From NCBI GenBank assembly GCA_964016885.1, contig OZ024746.1, positions 80,786,001-80,850,000 of the forward strand: a stretch of 64,000 nt of DNA, given 5' to 3'. Position numbers and translations under genes: made by a program. Below the pieces are notes generated by a model that saw only the letters and a list, made by a program, of their open reading frames with translations, did no database searches and was not told the DNA's origin. Source of the stretch: Eledone cirrhosa (Eukaryota). Positions 14,983 to 26,770 of this stretch are shown here, in pieces. Every line of letters begins with the position of its first letter. Positions within the stretch are counted from its first letter, which is position 1.

Positions 14983-17900
14983 TATATATATATATATATA
15001 ATATTACCACAGGGCTACTTTTTAATAGGGTAAAGCTTTTTATAGTTTGAATAGCTGATATTAGAATGGAGTTGAAAAAATATTTACTTGAAAAACTCCT
15101 GCAAATACTAGAAACATTTGACAAAACATTACAAGCTTTGCTGACATGTAAAACAATGATGAAATTATTTGTAATATCATCAGCATCACCATCGTTTTTA
15201 CATCTGCTTTTCTATGTTGGTTTGTTTTGGATGATGCTTTTTGAAGTAGTTTTTAATGGCCAGATGCCCTTCCAGATACCAACCCTTACTTTATTTGTAA
15301 GACTGGTATATAGTATACTGATCTATACCTGCCAAACTACTAAGCTACAGGACATAAATAAACATTTGGACAAGTTCTTCAGTCTAAGGATAACTTTCCC
15401 TCTTCTCCCACCAGTTCATTCCTTCTTTAAGTAAAAAAAAAGGAGACAAAAATATAAACAAAACAAAACCAGATTAAGAGTTTGCACAATACATTAGTCC
15501 TTTCAATACCAACACACCCCAAACCACCTTTGGTTTTATAAAACAAAACAACCAATTTTCAAAGGTTCCTAGTTAAATTGAAACCTTCCAACATTATTTG
15601 ATAAATGAACCTTTTGTTATGTTATGTTACAAATACTTTCTTATCTTGATAATGCTTTCTTTATTTATTAATAATGAAATAATTAATACTTTTAGTAAAT
15701 CTTCCAAATCCTTCATTAATAAATCCATATACAGTGTTTCCTTAGAAATATTGTAATGGCAAAAACAACAAAAACAAAGAAATCACATAAAAAAGATTTT
15801 ATTATGATAAATATGGAAATCCAAAAGGGAAATAAAGGATAAATATATAGTAAACTTAACCATTTTTGTGTGTTTAAATGGCTAACAAGTCTCTTCCATG
15901 TTGTCATAGTTTTAGTTTCAACACAGTCTCAAATCAAGCCACTTACCAGACAAATACAGCTCCAAAATGTTCTAACATCATTATGTGCTTCCGCATCATT
16001 ATGTGCTTGCACATTTAGCATATGTGTAGACTGGGATTGTTTAAGAAAAGAAGACCACCTGTGTACGAGTTTGAAGTAGAATCTGCATCTATACTGCTGT
16101 CAGATCCGTACAGCATTGCTTAACTTGGATTCTCAGAAAAGAGAAGCAGTGATACTTAAGAAATTCTAAAGATTTTCTTAATAAATTTTCCTGTTATTTA
16201 TTAAGTTGGTGTTTAGAATACAACTTAGAATACAACTTAGAATACAAAAATGTTCTTACAAAAGATTATTATAATGGAAAGTTTAAATTTAAGTATGAAT
16301 ACTAACGTTTTTGTTACCAACCTGATCAAAACCGGCTTCAGTTCTATGTCGTAAATGGTGAAATTTAAGGTAGGATTAAATTTGATTTTGATAGTTAATA
16401 TCTTTTGTAAATCTGTATATTTAAGTATATAAAGAATATCACCTTTGATTGCACAAATGTGTGCGTGTGTTTGTTTATGTTTGTGCATGTATGTTTTTGT
16501 ATCTATGCCTGCTTTTTTTTTCACCTGTCTTCAATTGTGCCTTGGAGGCTGGTTTTGGACAGGGAGAGGTGGTGAGATACATATCCACACTAGGTGAATT
16601 TTGTCTTTGCACTGGAAAAGGTGTCATCAACTCACACATCTTCTATAATTGACTGATATATTTCATTTAACTGACAAGGATGAAAGTAAAGTTGACCTTG
16701 GTAAGATTTGAACTCAGAATGTAAAGCAAAATTAATTGTTTTTACTTTAGGCACAAGGCCAGCAATTACCCAGTGCATTACTGGTACTTTATTTTATCGA
16801 CCCCGTAAGGATGAAAGGCAAAGTCAACCTCGGCGGGATGTAAAGCAAAATTAATAAATACTAGAATACATCTTTGTCTGCCACTGCACTGCTTTTGCCA
16901 AAATATTAATATTTGTAATGCTGAAAACTGTTGTGAATTAGTAGCTTACTGCCAACATAAAAATTAATGGCATCAGTCAAGGATAGAATTTCTGCTTAAA
17001 GATCTATTAAGATGCTTATATTATTTATGTATGGGAATTCATATGCATACACATATTTCTTTATAGCTCCTCCCTCTTGACTCACACACTCTCTCTCTCA
17101 CACACACAAATGTATGTATGTATAGCTAAATGCACTTGCTATGACCATACATAAGTAGGATACAAACCCCTTAGCCTGTCTTGAAGGTCAGTAGCCATGC
17201 TTCAGTACTGACTTGGTCTATGTACACCCATTCAACTCTTGCTAGCAGGGAAAGTGGATGTTAAATGACGATGATAATGATGATGATATACATACACACA
17301 CTCACATACACATGTACATACATGCACACACACGCATACATGTCTCTATCTATCTATCTATATAATATAAATATTTCAATATATATTTTTACTATCGAGT
17401 AAAGCATCCCAATGTATAAATCATCACTATGAAATAGTTGTGTATAAATTAGAGATACAATCACCTGAGGCAGACAAATGTGTGTATGTGTCTGTGTGTG
17501 TGTACTGGTTTACATGTTTGCATGCAAGCAGGGGTGGAATTCAGTTTTGGTAATTGTATATTGTATATTGTTTATGCAGCTGGATGGTCATCTTACTACT
17601 AAACACTTAAGCAAGAAATGGAAAATAAAACCTGGGTGGGTTGAGACAGAGTAACACCCCTTGTCTAGTAGCACCATGTAATAAATGTTACAAAATTCAA
17701 TTGCATGATTACATTGCTATAAAGCAGTCTAGCATTTTACCTACACAGCTTATCATATCCTTTTATCACCTGTAACATATAAAAGTGATTCACCCAGGAG
17801 AGGTAACTACAGACGTCTTAATCTTTTTGATAGCAAACCATCTGAAACTATCTTTGGTTCTTTGTCGAAAAAAAAAAAAATGCTTGTTTTAAATTTAAAC

Positions 17901-18288
17901 CTTTCATCCTAATTTAATGCAAGAACCTTTGTTAAGTTATTTTCCAAACATCATCTTAATAATGGGAAAGTTATGTTATTTTAGTAAATCTTTTCAAATT
18001 CTTGATTATTTTCAGGATTAGTTGAAATGCATAGGCAGTGTATTTCCTTAAAAAATATGATAACAACAGCATTAAGCCAGTGCTACATAAGATTTTGATG
18101 ATGATGATGATGATCTGTGCTGAGAAAACTAGTACATTTCAATTTTACAAATCCATATATATGTTTACTCCTGCTGTGTGGTACCTTGGAAAAGTGTTTT
18201 CTACTATAGTCACAGATTGGCCGATGCTTTGTGAGTGAACTTTGGTAGAGGTAAACTGCAGAAGCTCTTACCCATATATATATATATA

Positions 18289-18933
18289 TCATCATCATCA
18301 GCATCATTTTACGTCCGCTTTTCCCTGCTTGCAAGGGCGGGATGGGTCTTATTCAGCACAGCATCTCTCCACTCGTCACGGTACTTCGTCATCTCCACCG
18401 TGAGCTTCAATGATATGAGGTCTGTTCTCACCACCTCCGCCCATGTTTTTCGTGGTCTACCTCTACCACGTCTTCCTTCAACTGGCATTTCCTGGCACTT
18501 CTTCACCCATCAGTCATCCTCCATGCGCATCACATGTCCATACCACCTCAGTCTCCTCTCCCGTACACTACATTCTATCCCTCTCAGACACAGTTTCTCT
18601 CTCAACACATTTATGCTGGGTCATTCACGCACATTTACACTGCACATCCAATGGAGCATGCTTGCCTCATTTCTCTCCAGCCATCGCATATCCTCTGCAG
18701 TTGCTGCCCATGTCTCACTACCATGCAGCATCACGCTCCTCACACAGGCATCATACAACCGGCCTTTCGTACGCAGGGAGAAACCCTTCTTCGTCAGCAG
18801 AGGAAGCAGCTCCCTAAACTTCTTCCAACCCGTCCTTATTCTAGATACTATGGCCTCGGAACACCCTCCTCCCATGCTAATCTGATCTCCTAGGTATCGG
18901 AAGCTATCCACCACTTCTATAGCGCCCTCCTTC
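18289..18933 (-). mobile_element. RTE LINE 3' fragment (family RTE-A)
   Basis: EVVDSFRYLGDQI, KGRLYDACVRSVMLHGSETW, RGRGRPRKTW. Tail GCAAGCAGGGAAAAGCGGACGTAAAATGATG + (GAT)n. Confidence 0.9.
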
Positions 18934-18961
18934 ATATATATATATATATATATATATATTC

Positions 18962-19330
18962 ATTCCTTTCATTTTACGTCCACTTTTCCCTGCTTGAAAG
19001 GGTGGGACGGGAACTGCTTCTGGCTTGATTTCTACAGCTCGATGCCCTTCCTAACACCAACCTCATTTACAGTGAGTGGTGGGTGTTTTTTTCTCCGTGG
19101 CGCCTACATGTCCACTTTACAGTGTGGGCTGGGTGCTTTTTTGCCGTGGCACCTCCACAACCACTTTGCAGTGGAATGATATTGACCCCAGTCCTATCAT
19201 CTCATTTCTACAGCTAAGTGAACTGGAGCAGTGTGAAATAAAGTGTCTTGCTCAAGGAAACAACACATCACTCGGTCTGAGACCTTTCGATTGCAAGGCC
19301 AATACTCTAACCACTAAGCCATGTGCCTCC
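18962..19330 (-). mobile_element. Same tRNA-SINE family, with one extra internal repeat unit
   Basis: Reverse-complement match to 35354-35690, with a small deletion in the head. Confidence 0.85.
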
Positions 19331-20392
19331 ATATATATATATATATATAGGAGGTGTTTGGATGGGGGAGAGGAGACGATTTGGTGCTTACTAATGTCCT
19401 CTAGATGTATGTATACATAAGCACTGAATATACACATATATTTACATGCATTCTTAGTATACATATATGTGCATTTTAAAAATTCTTTTATTGGTGTCCA
19501 TTGTTGGTCTGTGACAATGCAGGGGCACCACCTTCATTGATCATAGCAACACTAGCACCCATTTCAGCTTGGTACTTATTTTATGGATCAACTAAGTTGC
19601 CATACCTGTTATTATCTTTATGTTTGTTTCATTTTTCTAAGCAGTGTTACCAAAATATAAAAAAAAAAACAAAGGAAAATAAAAATAAAACATCATTTTA
19701 TTCTAGAATAATAATTGCTTATCCTTTAGTTTGACAGAATAGATATTTCTGTCTGTTCTTAAATTGGAAGAAATAATTTTGGTTTCCAAACTGTATTGTC
19801 TTATGATAAAGTACAAATTTATTACATATACATATCTATAGTCTTTTATTATATTGTTGGTTTCAGTCATTGGACTCTGGCCAAGCTGAGGTACCACCTC
19901 TATATTGATTCCACTACTTATTTCAGTTTTATGCTTATTTCATCAAATTCTATTTATTTAACTTCTGCACTACTGGACAAAAAGGGATACAGTATAAACA
20001 ATAACATCAAGTTTTACAGTATAAACAATAACATCAAGCATAAACAAGTACACACATATATATATATAGAGAGAGAGAGGAAGGAAGGTAAAAACCTGGC
20101 CATGGTGCCTAGTCGTTTTGGCTTGTATTCACCAAGCCTTTTCAAGGGTTTACTTCCCTGATTTGTGGTCTCCTGGTCTCAGGACTGCAGGATGAGCTTC
20201 TACAGTGTTTTTGTTTATTTCACTCAGAAAGTATTGGCCAGCCTGACATTGTATTAGAAGATACTTTCCCAAGATGCCATGCAGTGGGATTGAACCCAGG
20301 ACCATGTGACTAAGAAAGAAAGTTCTTAACCACATAGCCATAATTACATCTATATAGTAATATTTACTCACTTTAACTGGCTCTTCTTGAAG

Positions 20393-20438
<46 letters not shown>

Positions 20439-20939
20439 TCTGCGGTGTCTCTACTGATGTTCACAAAGGAGAGGAAAATTCTCAAGAATTGCTTAGGACA
20501 ATGCTAGATGAAAGAGCAATAGTTCTATACAAAATCAAGGAGGTTGTATTTCTTGAAAAATTAATGAGTTTAGATAAACCTATGTGCAATAGGAAGAAGA
20601 GGTTATTGATATTTTTCAAGTAAAATGAAATTTTCTTCAAAATATATTTATCTCCCCACCCCAAAATGACATTGCTTAAACACTAGTAACCTCTTCTCTC
20701 AGCAGTATATTAACTTAACCAAACTAATGATCTTCACTATATAATGTTTGCCAATACAGACCACCATAATTTCTACAGACCCTGATGATGTATTACTTAT
20801 TTCTTGGTGAATTGAATGTTTTGAGTATATCTGACTTTCTTTCAATACTTTGTCTGTCCATGGGGCGCAGTTGAGACAGACGACCCAGCCAAGGGTATAG
20901 TTTTCCCCTTCCCTTTTCCTTCAATTTTTTTTCCTTATC

Positions 20940-21167
20940 TAACCCTTTAGCATTTACATTACGCTATATTTACTATTATATTTTTTTGTAGTAAAAGGCT
21001 TTACCTCACATAAGCTCACATAACATCAAATCTATGAAATTTTGATGCTATTTATTTTGAGAACAATACTTTAACATTAGTATGAGCTGCCAGTTTTGGC
21101 CAGTTTGAACAGAAAGAGGTGAGAAAATTCAGGCCGGATATGGCTGGTTTAAATGTTAAAGGGTTAA
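20940..21167. mobile_element. MITE with TAACCCTTTAGCATTT-type TIRs
   Basis: TAACCCTTTAGCATTTA...TAAATGTTAAAGGGTTA. Copies at ~6442-6663 and, inverted, at ~52945-53181. Confidence 0.7.
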
Positions 21168-23559
21168 TCTTTCATTCTACCTCTCTACCTTTTGCTCTTT
21201 TCTCTCTCTTCCTGTTTATTATTTTAGTCCTTTTCATAAAAAAATTCAAATCAGTTATCTACTTTGGTTTGTTAATGAATAAAGAATATAACAGACTAAA
21301 ATATAGTTGAGAAAATATATCCAATTTCTATTATTTTCAATATTTTTGTCATAAATTTTACCAAAATTAAATTAAAAAGTCATTCTTTACTGCTGCAAGA
21401 TGATTATGGGAAACTGAAAGAGAAATCAGTTATTTAAAAATTTCTTTTTACCATTCCATATTGCCTAGCTTATACCTCTTTAGGAGAATCAGTTCATATT
21501 TTTATTATAGTTTTCCCTTCATTGCATTTATTTATTTATTCACTCTCTAAAGAAAGAGCCAGGACAAAATAATTAGGGAGAGTGATGCATGGAGGGGTTG
21601 TTGTGTAAACACTCCTAACTTGTGCCAACATAGAATAACAGATGTTGAATATATTTCTGTTGTTGTAGATGGGAATTGGGAATGTAGCAATGTTTTCATT
21701 CCTTGTTGGAACCATTCCATTTTTCATTGCTAATGTCCTTGGAAAATACGTAAACATCTGAACACCTCACCTTCTCTTCTCAAGATGTTTCCTTCCTAAT
21801 TAATTAAATTTTGTATTCTTGCTGTCAAAAATGTCTTTGGTTTCTTCCCTTTGTTGTTATTGTTGATGTTATTTTTGTTGTTGTGTAGTTCTAGATCTGT
21901 CCTGATTAAACAGATTTATGGTTAATAGGGGGGTCATCAAACGAACAGACACAACTCTGAGATATAACATATTGCCATCTATCTGATGATCATGTACACT
22001 CCTATATACATAAGATTATCATATAGTGGTGCAGTGTTGCAGCAGTCTGGCCATATTGTGTAATCTCCTCTGTCCAGTATATTTTAGAATTATGTAACTA
22101 TGAATGTTTATAATGCAGAAAATATTTATATTAAATTTCTTAGTCAAGAATCCTGTGTGTATGTTAGTGTGGGATTGAATAAGAGTTTATTATAAGAGTT
22201 TATAATGACCCAGGATCTCAACATATTGGGTCAATTTATTAGTAGTGTATTACTGGACTTGAGGTGTTAAAAACCAATAAGTAAAGGATTATTATTTACA
22301 AATCTAAGCTACCAAACATGCTTTATAGCCTAAACTGACTCTTTTCTATTGAGTCATACACAATTTGACCTTTAAATCTTGTGGGTAAATAACATCTTTA
22401 TAAACCTTATTGTTTGTTCTATTACATTATAGCTCTAAATATCCTGTTACTTTGTTTTGACTATATCATCATATTGACTAAGACTTAAAACATGTCTTCC
22501 CAGCAATGAATGAGGTAAAAGCATTTTTAGTTTTAAAATATCAGTAGGAAACAAATAGACAGTAGTTAGTATGTAGAACAAAATGGCTTGTAGTATTTGT
22601 TTTGACTTTTAGCTCTCTGAGAACGAATCCTGCTGAGATCAACTTTGCCTTTCATCATTTCAAGGTCAATAAATAAAGTACTAGTCCAGGATGGTAAGAC
22701 CTTTTATTGGTAAATTCTGTTCCAAACATGAAAGTAGTTATGAAAAAGTTATTTTGTTAAATCCCTCTAAATTCTTGATTTGAAAATTATAAGCAGTGTA
22801 CTTCATAGAAATATGGTCGCACAGGGGTTAATGTAAAGATACTTGCTTCAGTAATTCATATATAACAATTCTACAGCTTTGGAAAACTATTCTGCCTATG
22901 ATAGCATAGAAAATCCAATGTAAAACTATTTAAAAGCATTTATTTAGATAGAACTTTTAAATATACTTCATTAAATGTATATGTAGGATCTACAACTGAA
23001 AATGTGTAGCAATGAGATACTAAAAATAGCAATGAGATACTAAAAATAATTGACAAATCCTGGAGTGAAGTTTGGTTTAGGCTGTACCAACTTTTCTGTA
23101 ACAACCTACCCTACCCTCAATTCAGCATATGTTCTTTAGTAGTGTTATCAATTTTATTGACTAAATTAGAGTAGTAAATTTTTTTTTTTTTTCTAGACCA
23201 AATGAAAGTATCTACCAGATGTTTTACTGTGATCAGTCTATTAACACCTTCATTTGAAGGTTTTTGACAACAGATGTTTGATAAGAAATAACTAGAGTGA
23301 GGAAGAGACCAATACTCCCAGATATAAAAAGCAAGGCCAAAAACTGACCCCACCCATATATTAGACAAACACAAGCCAACTCATAGTGTGAGTTGCAAGA
23401 AAGACTACTAATAAAGATAAATCAACAAGCCAACACCCTCCTTACTTCATGTCAGATTCTAAAGGATCTTAGAAGAAAAAGGAAACTTTAATGAAGTTCA
23501 GTGAGATGTGAAACTTAGAGAATGAATAATATTTATGTTGGAATATTTAATGTTATGAT

Positions 23560-24240
23560 TAGGACAACTGTGCATATTTACCTCTACTTACACAAACCCC
23601 AGAGACATATATAGCACGATTATGATATTACCTCTGGATATAAGATCCCAAACACACAACTATAACACAATTATGCATAGTTACCTCTAATTACACAGAC
23701 CCCCTAGAGACATAACTATAGCATAGTTATACATATTACCTCTAGATATACAGACTGCAAACACATAACTATTGGGCAGCTATACTTATTTACTACTGCT
23801 TACACAGACTAAAAACATGCAAATATAGTGCAGTTATATATATTATCTCTAGATACAAAAGACTCCAAACCCAGAACTATAACACAGTTATATATACTTA
23901 CCTCTCTCTACTTACACAGTCTCCAAACATACGACTATAACACAGTTATATATATTTACCTCTAGATATACAGACACATTTACAGTACAGCTACACAACT
24001 TTACATATTTATCTCTATGAATGCAGATCCCAAACACAACTATAACATAGTCATACAGTCTTATTTTCCTCTATACAGACCCAAATTACAGACACCAATC
24101 AAACAACTATATATACTACCTCTAGATACACAGTCTCCAAACATACGACTATAACATAGGTATATATATTACCTCTAGATATACAGAAGTCTAAACACAC
24201 AACTATAGTACAGGTATACCTTTTTACCTTTATATATACA
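23560..24240. repeat. Degenerate ~59-bp minisatellite (~11 copies)
   Basis: Recurring TACCTCTAGATA(C/T)ACAGAC..CCAAACACATAACTATA.CACAGTTATA. Confidence 0.75.
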
Positions 24241-24887
24241 AACTTCAAATTGGTCAAATGGTCAAGTCAGTAAAGCATTATATCAACATTTCTCAGTACT
24301 TACTCTGGCTCTCTGCACTCAAATCACATTAAGGTCATTTTGCACTTTATCCTTTTGAGTTCAATAAAGAACCAGTCCAGTACTGGGTTGGTTATTCCTC
24401 TTGATCACTTTCTCCCCCACCCCCTTCTCTCTCTCTCAAAAATAATTCAGCAGCATTTTGTTAAAGGTGCACATGTCTGTGGAATGCTCAGCTGGTTGCA
24501 CATTAATTTCACAAGGATACTGTTCCATTGTTCAAATAACTGGAACATTCATCATCTGAACTGATGGAAGTCCAACACACAATATATTATATATTAAGCA
24601 AAGTTTTATATGTAACATATTCAATTTTTTGAGTTGAAAAATCATAAATTACAATCTACCCCTTCAAAAACCTTAGAAATTAGGAAATGGGTACTCTATT
24701 TTTTCTTTTACAATCATGTATAGGTAATATTGCTACTACTACCACCACCACCACCACCACCACCACCACCACCACCACCACCACCACCACCACCACCACG
24801 ACAACAACAACAAGATATCTAGCCCAACTTTCTACTACCCAAGTGATGTTCGTCACAATGATAATAATGTTTCCTCTTTATTTTTTT

Positions 24888-25001
24888 AAATATAAACATA
24901 AGGGCAATATACCAAAGAAGCATAATAAAATAAAACAGAGAAATATAAACATAAGGGCAATATACCAAAGAAGCATAATAAAATAAAACAGAGAAATATA
25001 A
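24888..25001. repeat. 53-bp perfect tandem duplication
   Basis: AAATATAAACATAAGGGCAATATACCAAAGAAGCATAATAAAATAAAACAGAG occurs twice. Confidence 0.85.
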
Positions 25002-25187
25002 ACAAAGATAGCCAAACTCAACCCTTGCAATTTTATCTATTATCTTTTCTTCCATAGCCAACAAGCAGAGAAAACCTGGCTGATTTTCTTTACCAAAGGC
25101 AAAGCTGTAGGTAGAACATTCTTACTAAAAGATTAGTTAATAGCCAGGTCTTTCTGATACAAGCATACAAATATACAATATATATAT

Positions 25188-25432
25188 ATGAATGTATGTA
25201 TAGTATATTTGGCAATATACCGTATGTTTAATTAAAAATATTTAAAGGCAGGGGAGTGTATGGTTTTGATAAATGACAAACAGCGAAAAACATACTGCCA
25301 GCCGCTCTCCCTACCTTTGCCGAAAATAAGTAAGTGACATAGTCACTACTTTAAAACTGATAACGAATGGTCTTCAAAGTGTTTTTAATTAAACATATGG
25401 TATATTGCCAAATATAGTATACATACATTCAT
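25188..25432. mobile_element. Small element with ~56-bp inverted arms and a degenerate hammerhead-like core
   Basis: 25188-25243 is the reverse complement of ~25377-25432 with few mismatches. TTAAAA-CTGATAA...CAAA-GTG-TT-TTTAA at 25351-25388. Confidence 0.55.
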
Positions 25433-25484
25433 GTATACATCGCTATTTCAGAGCACCAATCCTAATACCATATCTATATATATA

Positions 25485-25588
<104 letters not shown>

Positions 25589-25836
25589 TACATGTGATAT
25601 CATTTTCGGTTACTCTAGTTCAAGAGTTAAAGTAACTTTTATCGAGAATTGTTTCTGCATATAGTGGTTATTGACTCAACAAGAAGTTTACTTCAGGAGG
25701 TCGATCGTAGGGTTATCCTTAGAGGGTTCTGTAATCAGTAATCCGTGGCATAGTTACAAATAGATCACTAACGATTTACACAGATTAACAATACAGTAGG
25801 ATTTATTTCTAGTATGGATGTTAAATGATGATGATG

Positions 25837-25893
<57 letters not shown>

Positions 25894-25897
<4 letters not shown>

Positions 25898-26035
25898 TCA
25901 TTTTTTTAAAGCTGAATGGGGAATCTTGTTACTGTGGAGTTCCATCTGCCTCTCACAGAGTTATCAGACTCTATGAGAAGCAGGTGAAACTCCAGAGTAA
26001 CAAGACTCACTAACTAGCCTTCATAAAATGAATAT
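25894..26035. repeat. Long imperfect palindrome (inverted PLE-like end) between TA tracts
   Basis: 41-bp arms at 25921-25961 and 25968-26008, plus outer ATATTCATTTT/AAAATGAATAT arms. Contains GAAA-CTCCAGAG-TA. Confidence 0.7.
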
Positions 26036-26132
26036 TTAAACTCTACTTTGGGATTCAGTACTCTTTTCTTTTGTTAATCATCTACATACGGGTATATATA
26101 TATATGTATACATACATAAATGCATATATAAG

Positions 26133-26770
26133 CTGGGCATTATAATAAATCTTCGGTAAACCGATACGTGCATATATATATATGTGTGCATGTATGTATA
26201 TATATACATACTACTGTACGTCTGTATACATATATGTATGTACGTATACATACATACATACTTACATTTAAGTAAGTGCCGTACTAAGAGTGAGAAATAA
26301 AATTTTGTTTCATTCTATTCCATTTATCGTTTTCGGTGTGCCCGGCCGACCGAACTCACTCGATATGCAAAATTAGGTTGCTCAGCCGTTAATATGCATA
26401 AGGAAAGTATATACTTTCAGACGTTTAACCATCTGGCAGGAAGGTATACGATGCTGAAGATAGCTAATAAGCTTGAAACTAGTATATCATTCCTGTGTCA
26501 GTGTTGAACAAAAAGGTGACGTGGTTGCCTAAACACTGTACAGCGTAATTCGGGCTGTTTGTTTGTTTACAAACAAATAAACTGGGCATTATAATAAATG
26601 TTCGGTAAACCGATACGTGCATATATATATGTGTGCATGTATGTATATATATACATACTACTGTACGTCTGTATACATATATGTATGTACGTATACATAC
26701 ATACTTACATTTAAGTAAGTGCCATACTAAGAGTGAGAAACGAAATTTCATTTCATTCTATTCCATTTAT
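26133..26770 (+). mobile_element. Hammerhead-bearing non-coding element, family A (~450-bp unit with ~195-bp terminal direct repeat)
   Basis: 26133-26327 is repeated at 26582-26770. Hammerhead at 26450-26488. A further copy lies at 34824-35095. TA-rich flanks. Confidence 0.8.
26450..26488 (+). ncRNA. Minimal type I hammerhead ribozyme (family A)
   Basis: GATG-CTGAAGA-T AGCT aata AGCT T-GAAA-CTAG-TA-TATC. Extended pairing is possible between CTGGCAGGA and TCCTGTGTCAG. Confidence 0.75.

Noticed and set aside
18235-18885. 216-aa plus-strand ORF
   Set aside because: It is the antisense frame of the minus-strand RTE fragment.
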